Assembly: GCA_043228905.1 (NCBI GenBank)
Contig: JBHGNT010000022.1
Location: 6,200,001-6,264,000 of the forward strand
Reading direction: 5' to 3'
Origin: Azolla caroliniana
Taxonomy: Eukaryota; Plantae; Polypodiophyta
Length of the DNA stretch: 64,000 bases
The translations under genes were made by a program, and so were the position numbers. Positions 25,101 through 43,992 of this stretch are shown piece after piece. The notes under the pieces were generated by a model. That model had not been told where the DNA came from. It saw only the letters and a list, made by a program, of their open reading frames with translations, and made no database searches. Positions within the stretch are counted from its first letter, which is position 1. Each line of letters begins with the position of its first letter.

Positions 25101-27307
25101 GGGCCCCGGCTGGTGACTTAGAAGGTTGAATAAATCCTTTCTCGAGGTTCTCATTGAGATACACACAAAGGGCCTTCAACTCTTGTGCAGACAACGCATA
25201 TAGAGGACCAAATGGTGAACACGCACCTTCTTGAAGATCAATCGGATAGTCGTAGAGCCGGTGTTCAAGCAAACGATCAGCATTACATTTTTCAAATACG
25301 TCGGAGAAGTGTTGGTATTTTTCAGGAATAACATGGAGTGTGTTAGAAATGGCGCCACAAACAAACCCATCCTGGACCAATGATGGGGTAGTCAATTCGG
25401 AGTCGACCGTCTCTGAAGGATAGGAAACTGAATTTACCTTCATACTTTTGCACGAGCATCTTGGTTTGCTAAATGTGATCGAGCGGTTGCACCAATCCAC
25501 TATTGGATTGTGCGCCTCCAACCACGTTAGTCCTAAGACGATCGGATGTCGAGGAGATGCGATGAGGTAAAAGGCAAGCTCCTCCTGGTGTGAGCCCACC
25601 CGAAGCCCTAATGGGATTGTAGCTTGAGTAATTGCACCTGACGAGAGGACGCACCCGTCGATGGCTTCAACTGGAATGGGTTTTGAGAGGCCAACGACAG
25701 GTACGCCATGTGCTTGGGCAAACGCGACGTCGATGAAGCAAGAAGATGCCCCAGAATCAAGTAAAGGAACAGACTGAATGGAACTAGAGTTAAACGAAAG
25801 CCATACCTCCAATGTGAAATTGCATGATGGTCCAGCAATGGAACCAAGAGAATGTGGGCGATGGGAGATGTCCAGTTGCATGGCTCCTACTGCAACCGAA
25901 CGATGTCGTTTTCCGGATGTTGGGGTCCATTAGCTCGATGGAATTGTGGGTGAGTACTCCTAGGACAATGGCGAACGACATGACCGGAGGCGCCACAATA
26001 CATGCACAAGTCATTAGCCCGCCGAAATTGTCGTTCAACATCAGTCAATGGTCGAAATCGGGCTTGATCAATTTCCATGGGGACAGGAGCATCTGCCAAA
26101 GTAGGCGAGTGTGAGGATGCCTGGGGTTGTATGACCAGGGCATGGTGTGGAAGTGAATGAGGTGGAACCCAAGTCTGGCACTCTTCTTGGCGAAATTCGA
26201 AAAGACGATTGTCACAATGGACTGCTTGTGAAATCACTTGGGATAACGAGGTGGGTTCCGGAAAGTTTAAGAGAAGATTCTTGACATTGCTTCAAAGGCC
26301 GCGCCGAAAGTGATCAGCTAAAGCTTGATCATCCCAATTGACGTCGCATGCTAGTTGTCGAAATTCTGAAGCATAGACCGATGCTGCACGCGAACCTTGT
26401 TCGAGTGCATAAATCTTGTTAAGAGTTGTACGTCGTTGGTCCGTCTCTCCAAATGTGGCCTCTAACTCGGCGAGGAAGGCGGGAAAGTCCTCCAATAGAG
26501 GTGACGAGGTTTCTGCCAATGGTGCAAACCAAGCTTGGGCCGGACCGGAGAGAAGGGTGCCCACAAGCCCGACTTGTCGAAGACCATCTCCATAACGTTG
26601 AGGTTGTAACCGAATGATAAGTCGAACTTGGTTGATGAACCCTCGGAAACGTGACCTCATTCCATCAAATTTTTCTGGGAGGCTAACCTTAGGCTCAAGA
26701 AACTGTGACGAAGCTAGGCTAGATGTTGGTAGAAGATCGGGCTCTAGGCTAGGTTGTTGTGGGAGACTAGGGTTCGGGGGTTGTGAGGATAGGGAGGTAC
26801 CGACTTGAAGTTCTTGTAAAGAATTTCGAAGAGCTTCATTTTCAAGTTGTAGTTGTCGTAAGGCTACCATTATTTGGCCTAACTCACTAGTTGAGTCGGA
26901 CATAGCTATGGCTTATGAGAGGGAGAGCTATGAGGATGGGAAGGTGAACAAACTGTCACGGATCATAAGCTCAAGAGACAAGCAAGAAGATAACCAAATG
27001 GACAAGAAAGAACATAGTATTAAAGGAAAGACTCCATAACTGGTGTTGTTCACCTTGAATTCCTTCAAGGTGAACTCCTCTATTTATACTACATGGCATG
27101 CATACTTGTTGCACACATGTGAATCTACAATAGAGCATGTAGGTATGCATGCATGTGTCAAGTGTAAATACTACAAGGGAGCAACTATGCACATGATGCT
27201 AGCAAAATAATAAGGATCAATTACATACATAACCATGTACTAGATATCTTGGTTAACTCATAATACTAGATTATAACATGGTCGTGTCAAGAGTTCGAAT
27301 CTTGACA
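22117..27307 (-). mobile_element. Full-length Ty3/gypsy chromovirus (Tcn1-like), LTRs 26954-27307 and 22117-22470, coding regions disrupted
   Basis: Two 354-bp LTRs (3 differences by eye), TSD ACGAC/ACAAC, PPT at 22471-22484. gag with CCHC, LLDSGAS, YLDD, integrase, chromodomain EYEVDQILD...YLVLWRGY...TWEP. Confidence 0.97.
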
Positions 27308-27336
27308 ACAACAAGGGGATTGCCCAGCCTCAGCCT

Positions 27337-30300
27337 TGTTGGCATAAAAGGCCGACTCCTTCCAATTTGTATCCTAGTGTGAACTCGTCCAAAGAGTTGT
27401 GGCTTAGTATATAAGCAATAACCTAACATTGTAAAGAAGAACCTCTTGATCATCTTGTAAATCGAGTCTCAGAGAGTGAGAGAACGAATGCAATAACAGA
27501 GCTTCCATTAAAGCTTAAACTGTGTCTATCTTCTATTATAACTTCTTGCCGCCATTCTGTGTAGTTTGCTAAATACATACAATAGGTCCTCACACACTCA
27601 CACACACACACACTTACGTTTCCGCGCATATATGCCCTTCAATTGGTATCAGAGTGACTTGTGGTTCGGCGGCAACAAACAACAGAGCAGTTGAAAGGAA
27701 AAAGACCAGGTCAATAAAATCTCACTTTCAAAGAAGAACATGGCGTCAACATCCGGAACAAGAGCTGAAATCAAGAAATTCGATGGCAAAAACTTTGCCC
27801 TATGGAAGGAGATGATGCAGGATGTGTTGATCATCAGAAGACAAGTCGAAGCCATTCGACACAATGAAAAACCTGCCTCGATGACAATCGAAGAGTGGAG
27901 ATCTATAGACGAAATCGCACGCTCCACCATCCGAATGCATTTGGCCGAAAACTTCTACTTCAGTATGGCAAAAGAGATGACAACGTTCCCATTGTGGGAG
28001 AAGCTACAAGCCATGTACGAGAAAAAGTCATCATCTTCAAAACTGATTTTGATGAAACAACTGTTCAACATGAAGATGAGAGAGACCAATCCGGCTACTT
28101 CTCACATCAACACCTTCAGTCGGGTGTTGTCAAAACCTTCCTCACAAGGGATCAACTTCGAAGAAGAAGTTAAAGCTCTTGCCCTCCTGTCGAGCTTGTC
28201 GGCGAGTTGGGAGGTCTTCTGTACGACATTTGCCAATAGCAGCCCTAGGCTAAATCTAGACGAAACAATTAGCCAAATCCTTACTAAGGACATTCGGCGA
28301 AAATCTATGGGACTCACCATTGACGAGTCGGCAGAGGTCAATCGACCAAAACACCGGATACGACTCAAGGGACAAACATATTTGAGTCGATCAAGTACCC
28401 AAGAGGAACAACACAACACCGCTGGACTCCCAACATGGAGGCAGGTCATACAACAGGACTCCTAAAGACAATTCAAGTAAAATACCGATTAGCCGGATGA
28501 ACCAACTGAAGAGTTTGAAAAAACAAAATTGGCACTCAGGAGATCTAGATGAGTCAAAAGGCCTACAGAGTTTTATCAACTGGGCCTCGACTACGTCAAC
28601 AACATGGATCCAAGCAAACCAAGCATATATGAAGAAGTCATGGCCGCACCAGATGCCAAAACATGGCTACAAGCCATGAAATTCGAAATGGACTCCATTC
28701 ACAAGAATGAGACATGGGAACTGGTCGAACTACCAGTTGGAAGAAAGCCGCTACCTTGGAAATGGGTTTTCCAATACAAATATACATCTGACTCAGAGAA
28801 ACCCAAGTACAAAGCTCCGCTTGTCGCAGAAGGGTTCAAACAAAAACATGGGGTCGACTACAACAAGATATTCTCACCAATAGTCAAGATGACCACCCTC
28901 AAACTCCTACTAGGAGTGGTGGCGACAAAAGACCTAGACCTAGAGCAGCTAGATGTAAAGACAGCGTTCCTACACGGAGATCTGGAAGAAGACATTTTAC
29001 ATGTCTCAACCGGTAGGCTTCCCGACAACGGGGGAGGAAAGTCACATCATATGCCGCCTGAAAAAAAGTCTCTATGGCTTGAAACAAGTGCCAAGGATGT
29101 GGTACCAGAAGTTTGACTCCTACATCAGGTAGCTTGGATAGCACCGATCGGACTCCAACCCATGCGTGTACATTCGGCAACTGGCCGACGAGTCTAGGAT
29201 TTATCTAATCCTATATGTCAACAACATGTTGATTGCAGGAAGCAATCAAGCAGAGATCGGAAAGTTGAAGCGGAACCTTCATGACAAGTTTGCGATGAAG
29301 GAACTCGGAGAAACCCATCACATATTGGGCATGAGGATCGAGTGAAATCGGACGACCAAGACTCTCTAACTCTCCCAGTCAGACAATATCCGAAAGGTGT
29401 TGAAGCTCTTCAACATGGAAAATGCGAAGCCAGCACCAACATTGCTTCCGACGTCGATCTGACTATTGGACAAAGACTCTCTGTCAACGAACAAGGAGAG
29501 AGAGCTTAATAGAAAGATACCCTACACATCGACCGTAGGAAGTATCATGTACGCAATGGTAGCCTAGCCTATCCCATAGGGGTGGTCAGCCGGTACATGT
29601 CAAACCTAGGACGGAAGCATTGGGAGGCCATCAAGCACATCCTTAGGTATCTAAAAGGAACCGTGAATACACAACTAAATTTCGGTTTGACAACCTCAAT
29701 CGAAGTGGAAGGCTACACTGACTCCAACTATGCCAATAATATGGACAATCGGAAGTCAACATCAGGCTATATTTTCACCTATGGTGGTGGTGCGATATCA
29801 TGGACGTCGAAGCTTCAAGAGTGCATGCCCATGTCAGCCACAAAGGCTAAGTACATAGCAACATTAGAGGCAGAGAAGGAAGCGATTTGGTTGCACCGAC
29901 TGTTTGTTGACTTCTCATCTACAAGCTGAATCGACTGACCAATGACAACCATCTATTGCGACTCACAGAGCACAATACACCTCATAAACAATGTTGTCTA
30001 TCACACAAAGACAAAGCATATTGAGGTGCGGTATCATCACATCCAGGAGCTCATAACCGAGAAGAAGCTCGAAGTTCGGAAGATCGACACCGAGGGGAAC
30101 CTTGTCGATTACATGATGAAGCCACTCCCAAATCAATGCTTTAGAGCACTAAGGACAAAGATGGGATTGTGAGAAACGACCGAGCAGAAGAATACCGAAC
30201 GTGAAGCAAAAGGTAAGTCGAATTGATTGACTCAAACAAGTCAATCTGATTGACTAGTTGAACCAGGCTAAAAATTGAACACATCGTTGCCGACTCAGCC

Positions 30301-30716
30301 ATGTGCCGACTGACTTGTAAATATAAATTTAGATTAATATTTTAATCTAGGTTTACGGAGAGATAACCCCAAACACTTGTACGTGCCGAAAAGATTAGTC
30401 CTTTTACGGGGGAGTTTGCTGGCATAAAAGGCCGACTCCTTCCAATTTGTATCCTAGTGTGAACTCGTCCAAAGAGTTAGGGCTTAATATATAAGCAATA
30501 ACCTGACGTTGTAAAGAAGAACCTCTTGATCATCTTGTAAATTGAGTCTCAAAGAGTGAGAGAGAGAGAACAAATGCAATAACATAGCTTCCATTAAATC
30601 TTAAACCATGTCTATCTTTTGTTATATCTTCTTGCCTCCATTCTGTGTAGTTGGCAGAACACATATGACAGGTCCTCACACACAAGTCTTACGTTTCCGC
30701 GCATATCTACCCTTCA
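27337..30716 (+). mobile_element. Ty1/copia with both LTRs (27337-27641, 30417-30716), internally deleted (no protease/integrase)
   Basis: TSD AGCCT, PBS TGGTATCAGAG at 27644, gag KFDGKNFALWK, RT LDVKTAFLHGDLEE, RNase H TKHIEVRYHHI, PPT ACGGGGGAG. Confidence 0.93.
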
Positions 30717-30807
30717 AGCCTATGTGGCTGATTTTCTCCTTCTTGCATGTGACATTCCTTGGGACGAAGAGGCATTGATGTATCCATTTCAACAAGGACT
30801 TCGTAAT

Positions 30808-31837
30808 TGTTGGCATAAAAGGCCGACTCCTTCCAAATTGTATCCGTCCAAGTGTGAACTCGTTAATAAGTTAGGGCTTAGTATATAAAAGAATACCTAA
30901 CATTGTAATGAGTGATGACGAGCAGAGTATCGAATCTCGGAAAAAGAACGAAGTAATAAGAAGCTATCCATTAAAGCTCCATCTGTGTAAGTCTCCACGC
31001 ATATTCCATTTTCTGTATGTGTTGTTTGTTGTCAAGTACCGACTACAGATCCATACACGTTTCTGCACATAGCACTCGTACCCACAATTGGTATTAGAGC
31101 CGAATCTTTGTTGTTTGGCAGTAACAGACAACAGAAGAAGCTGAAAGAAAAGAGCAGGTCAAAAATCTCAAGTTCACAAACAGAATATGGCTTCAACATC
31201 CAGAACAAGAGTTGAAATCAAAAAATTCGATGGCAAAAACTTTGCCTTGTGGAAGGAGATGATGCAGGATGTGCTAATCATTCGAAGATAGGTCGAAGCC
31301 ATTCGGCACAGCGAAAAACCTGCTTCAATGACAGCCGAGGAATGGAGATCAACGGACGAAATCGCACGCTCCACCATCTTAATGCATCTAGCCGAATACG
31401 TCTATTTCAGTATGGCGAAAGAGACGACAACATTCTCATTGTGGGAGAAGCTAGAGGCCATCTATGAGAAGAAGTCCTCATCTTTGAAACTGATCTTGAT
31501 CAAACAATTGTTCAACATGAAGATGAAAGAGACCGATCCGGCAACCTCCCACATCAACACCTTCAGTCGGGTGTTGTCAGAGCTCTCGTCACAAGGGATC
31601 AACTTCGAAGAAGAAATGAAACCCCTTGCCCTCCTATCGAGCTTGACGGCAAGTTGCGAGGTATTTTGTATGACTTACGCCAATAGCCGACTGATCGTAA
31701 ATCTGGACGAAATAACCGGCCAAGTCCTCACATCTGTGTAAGTCTCCATGCCTATTCTATTTTCTGTATGTGTTATTTGTTATCCAGTACCGACTACAGA
31801 TCCATACACGTTTCCGCACATAGCACTCGTACCCACA
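30808..31837 (+). mobile_element. Related Ty1/copia deleted from mid-gag into the 3' LTR
   Basis: TSD GTAAT (30803-07, 31838-42). 5' LTR 30808-31086, PBS at 31089, gag to ~31730, then only the last ~105 bp of the LTR. Confidence 0.92.
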
Positions 31838-34800
31838 GTAATGATGTGAAAGACTTGCTTCTTACTTTTCATGAAGATCCAAAATCTCTTACTGAGCCGA
31901 TTAGTCGAGTTGTTCGATGTGACAATCAATTATTTGAGCGACGCTCCGAGTATCAACAATGATCTCGACCTTGATTAGAGCAAACATATGCATCGATGAA
32001 ATCACTACCTACTTCTGGAACTATGCAGGTCCCTAATTCTAACCCGATAAGTGGCCCTACTCCAATGAAATCGATTCTACATGTCGTCGAGGACCTTTAA
32101 TAGACGTTGAGTGAACTACCTATGTTTATATTGTGGTGGTCTAGGACATATAGCGATAAATTGTCCTCATCGACCTAGGCGTCAAGTTTACCAAGTAAGT
32201 GTTAGTTCTAAATTGGATCTCAATTCTCCAACTGCATCTAGCAATCCTAGTAGCCCTACACCTTCAAATCGTTTTGAAGTACTTAGCTAACTAGATGAGG
32301 TGTTAAACGAGTAAATCCAGCCAAATTAGGAGCCATTTGGTTGGATAACCCAGAATTTGTAGAGTCAATCAATAGTAATGGTTCCATTTCATCGAACCAA
32401 GTTAATAGGGTTTTTGCGGCACAAGTTGAGCTTAGTACCTCTAGATGTCATCAGGTCTTCGCATATGCTCTCTTAAATTCAGGAGCCAACTCTTGTTTCA
32501 TGGAAAAAAACTTTGTCTTGACATATAATATCTTATTAAAACCATTGCATTGTCTAGTATCAGTCACAGTCATAGATGGTCGACCCATTGCCTCTAGAGA
32601 TATAACTGAAGAGTCTGAATTAGTTCGTGTAGTTCTCAGTGATTTAGCTTGTGTCACCTCATTCAATATCATACATAGTCCTGAGCATCCGATTATCCTT
32701 GGTCTACCTTGTTTGAGCTTCACAATCCCCACATTGATTGTCTAGGAAACGAGTTATCCTATAATCCAAGAAAAGCCATATATCAAATTTCCCTACTGCT
32801 TATAACCCAAATTTAGAGTGCCATTAGATCTCAACAATATCTTTGGAAAACTTACGCAAAGAGGGACAGAAAGAAGAAATGTTTATATTTGCGATAATAA
32901 CAATTCCAACACCAACTCAACAAAAGTCAAGTACCTTACTTCCAACCAAGTATCAAGAATTCCAAGATGTTTTCAATAAGGACAAAGTTGCTAGACTCCC
33001 AGAACATCGACCTTACGACTGTCCTATTGATCTTGAACCAGGAAAAGATCCACCGTGGGGACCAATTTATAGTTTATCACCTACAGAGCTCAAGGTTCTT
33101 CGCGACTATATTGATGAAAATTTAGCTATTGGATTTATTCGTCATTCCAAATCCCCTACTGGCGCACCAATATTTTTTGTCAAGAAGAAAGATGGATCGC
33201 GTCATTTGGCCGTAGATTATCAAGGATTAAACAAAATCACAATTCGAAACACGTGTGCCTTACCTTTAATACCAACACTTTTGGAGCGGTTGAGTGGAGC
33301 CAAATACTTTACAAAGATCGATCTTCGAGGTGTTTATAATCTAGTTCGAATTCGTCCGGGTGATGAATGGAAAACTACATTTCACACTCGATATGGCATT
33401 TTGAGTATATAGTTATGCCTTTCAGTCTCACAAATACTCTTGCGGTTTTTCACCATATGGCCAATGATATTTTTCGAGACTTCTTGGATATATTCACCAT
33501 CATTTATTTGGATGATATCTTGATATTTTCCAAGACTCAAGAAGAGCATGATGAGCATGTACACCAAGTACTACAACGATTACAAGAATATGGTATCTAT
33601 GCTAAACTCGAGAAATGTAGTTTTGATCGCAACCAAGTGGAATTCCTAGGGTACATAGTATCACCAAAAGGAATATCTATGGATCCTGCAAAGGTGCAAA
33701 CAATTCTAGAGTGGGAAACACCTATTGTGGTGTCCAGTGTTTCTTGGGATTTGCGAAATTTTAACTGCAAATTCATCAGGAACTACTCAAAGAAGGTTCT
33801 GCCTCTTACATAATTAACACAGAAAAACCAACCACTCATATGGAATTCTAGTGCAGCTGAGGCATTCGAAAGCTTAAAATGTGCGTTTACATCAGCTCCT
33901 ATTTTGATCCATGCTTACCAAGACAGGCCTTTTATTTTGGAAGTTGATGCATCCGATTTTGCACTCGGGAGTGTCCTCTCACAACCCAAAGAAAACAAGC
34001 TATTATATCTAGTTGCTTTTCATTCGCGGAATTTTGTAGTTGCGGAAATTAATTATGAGATTCACGACAAGGAGCTTTTGGCTATTGTAGACTCTTTTGA
34101 GCATTGGCGCCACTTCTTGGAAGGTTCTCCCCATCAAATCATTGTCTATAATGATCACAAGAACCTAACGTATTTCTAGAATGCTCGAGTCTTAAATCGT
34201 CGACAAGCTTGTTGGGCACAATTTCTTACATGCTTTGATTTCTTGATCATGTATCACCCCACGATACACCAAGGAAAGGCATATGCGCTATCTCGGCATT
34301 CGTACATGGCGCCTTGTTTAGGGGAACCTACTTTTGATCATCAAAAGCATATCCTCCTTGATCCTGATCGTTTACAAGTGATCGCCGCTAACGCTTTTAA
34401 GATGCCCACTGACTGGATACTTATAAGTATGATTCATACTAATCTTGAAGCAAACGAATTTGCACAAGATGTTTTAAGTCATATCATTCCAAATCATGCT
34501 TCTTGTTCAAGGTCTGTGAATTCTCATAAAGATGTCCATGAATAGAGTTGTAACATGTTAATTCAGCTCATAAAGAGTCTTGTTCTCCACCATATTATGT
34601 TTCTCAACTTCTCCAAATGAATTGAAGTTGCCTAACTCCCTAGTTATTAGTGTATTTTGGTTAACATATTGTTCAATGGAATTGAAGTTTCATGTTATAT
34701 GGACATAAGTTTTTGAATCATATGAGTTGCCTTTATAACATTTGCATTTCATGTTCCATATTCAAACCAGAAAACAATGGCATTTATACATTACAACAGC

Positions 34801-35327
34801 ATGCACTCTACTTCATTCATGCAATTTATTCGACATCGCCATTTTTATTTGTCAATGAGTATGTATACTATTAGCTATGCACTTTTACTATATCATTGAT
34901 TGTACCTACAACAATTGTTTGCACCATTGCCTATATCTATTTCAATTGTTGTGCATCATTGGCTATATCCACATTAATCATTGACACAAACATACTCTTG
35001 CATTTGAAGAGTTAAGTTTTTTATTTTTATAGAAACCCTAGAGGCGTCAATAATCACAATGTTACAGAAGGTAGTGTACAACAAGTTTTTTTCATTAGAT
35101 TATTCATTGAAAAAATAAAATGCATCGGTTTGAAACCTTCTTAGCTTTTGTATTATGATTGGTGTGTATTGCATATCCCCTTTATAAGTCAAAATCAAAA
35201 GACCATAGCGACATGAAATTTTCCTCCAATTGATACAACACATGCATGCCCTTGAACAACTGCTGATAGTATCACCTATTAGTTGTGACAAACCCTTGTA
35301 CAATGGATAATGGAAAAGGAACAAGTA

Positions 35328-42268
<6,941 letters not shown>

Positions 42269-43992
42269 TGATAGCTAGCTCTCTGTTCCGTGCTCTCTGC
42301 TCGGAAGATGGAGATGGTATTCCTACGCTACTACGCACCACAGTCAGTCAGTCAGTCAGAGAGAGAGAGAGAGAGAGAGACTAGTCCTAGTCCTAGTCCT
42401 AGCTATACAACTTATGTACATACACATGTAGTAGTAGTGTAAATCATACTCTTTATGTATGTACTCTTTCTTATGTAAATCATACTCTATATGTACTCTT
42501 CCTTTGACGAGGATCCAAACTTGTTTTACAATTCTCTTACATTCACTAGCCAACTTAACTTGCTTTGGGTCACAAAATGTAATATGATGGTAATCGACAA
42601 GAGCATTAGTGCCCGATAGTCAAGAATTCTCTCTCCATTGCATAAGTAGAGAGAGAGAGAGAAATGATGTATGTGCCTAGGAGGGAGGGAGTGTTGGGGA
42701 CATAGTATGTACTATGTACCATACGTGCATTCGCATTCAACTATTTTTCAATCATTCGAGATTGGTAAACACCCACGAAGTATGGTAAATTGGATTCATT
42801 ATTGACTATGATGTAAAACGCTTTTTTTAAGATACAAAAAGTTAACAACATTGCAAATTTCTCAATGAGTTGTTACAATAAAACAAACATTCCATGAGGA
42901 TAATGATTTTGAATCAAGATTAGTGGCTAATAAGGATATATAATAGGAATGGAGCTATGCTAATCTAATTTTTATATAAGCTTAATTATTATATGGTTAG
43001 TCATACATGTTATGTTTTAAGCAAATTAATAGATTTTTGTGGTGACATTAATTAAAATTATACACATGATTAGTCATATATATGTATGTTACTTTTACAG
43101 CTAATTAATTGATGAATGGAGCAGGGTAAGGGTGTGGATCAAAGTACTAGACATCAATAATGGTGGGAGATCAACGGATGAGATCTCACAGGGGCAATGG
43201 AAACGAGTTCCTCCCACACGAAACGTTGGCAAGAAGCAACTGGGAATTTCTCAGAACAACACCATTACCAAGAAGAGGGCAAGAATGTCGGATGTAGAAA
43301 TCAACAAAGGGCTTCATCACGACCAAATCAAGGTGAAGGCGAGCTAGAAAAAATCAAGAATAACATTCATGAGAATAAATCATGGGCATTAGATCCGGAA
43401 TAGCTCCTCCTCCTCCTCCTTAGATGCTCCCTTGCCCATAACAATGGCGGCAGTAATGACAGTAACTGTAACAACAGTCTCAGTTTGAGCACGATGTGAA
43501 GCACCCATGGTACTGTGGTAGAACGTTCGATGTTGGATGTGAGAGGAAGTGATGTAATTTTTGCTTGGCATCGTGCTTATGTGCAATGCACTGTGCAAAA
43601 AGAGCAAAACAACAAAAAAAAAAAAGTTTGGATAATACATATATGCATAGATTGGCACATGCGTGATATTCGGGATATTCTCCATGCGCAATATTCTCAA
43701 TATTCAAGAATACGAAATGGCCCCAAGTATTAAAAACCCATTCGTTTTGCAAAATATATATAAAATATTTATGTATTTAAATAAATTTATTTCACAAAAA
43801 AAAGAACAATTATTCATTAATAGATTATAGTGTCGAGAGAGTTTATGAGACTTATTTTAATTAATCAATCAATTTATTCATTTTTAAAAAACAAATACTT
43901 TTTTTTTTTTTTTCAAAAAAAAGATACTACATTAGTATTAGAAAACCGCCATAAGGCTAAACATACAAGCTATACCGATCCCCTATATTTTT

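Larger units (their letters stand above)
21084..34545 (+). mobile_element. Host Ty3/gypsy chromovirus-type element (5' LTR ~21084-21512, gag, protease, RT, RNase H; 3' truncated), split by three nested insertions
   Basis: gag LPSKFDGTRSQFRGFLNQV continues across the insertions (QQGDCPASA / YVADF..LACDIPWDEEALM..FQQGLRN / DVKDLLL). CCHC at 32123, ALLNSGANSCF, YLDD, DASDFALG. The LTR start is approximate. Confidence 0.88.
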
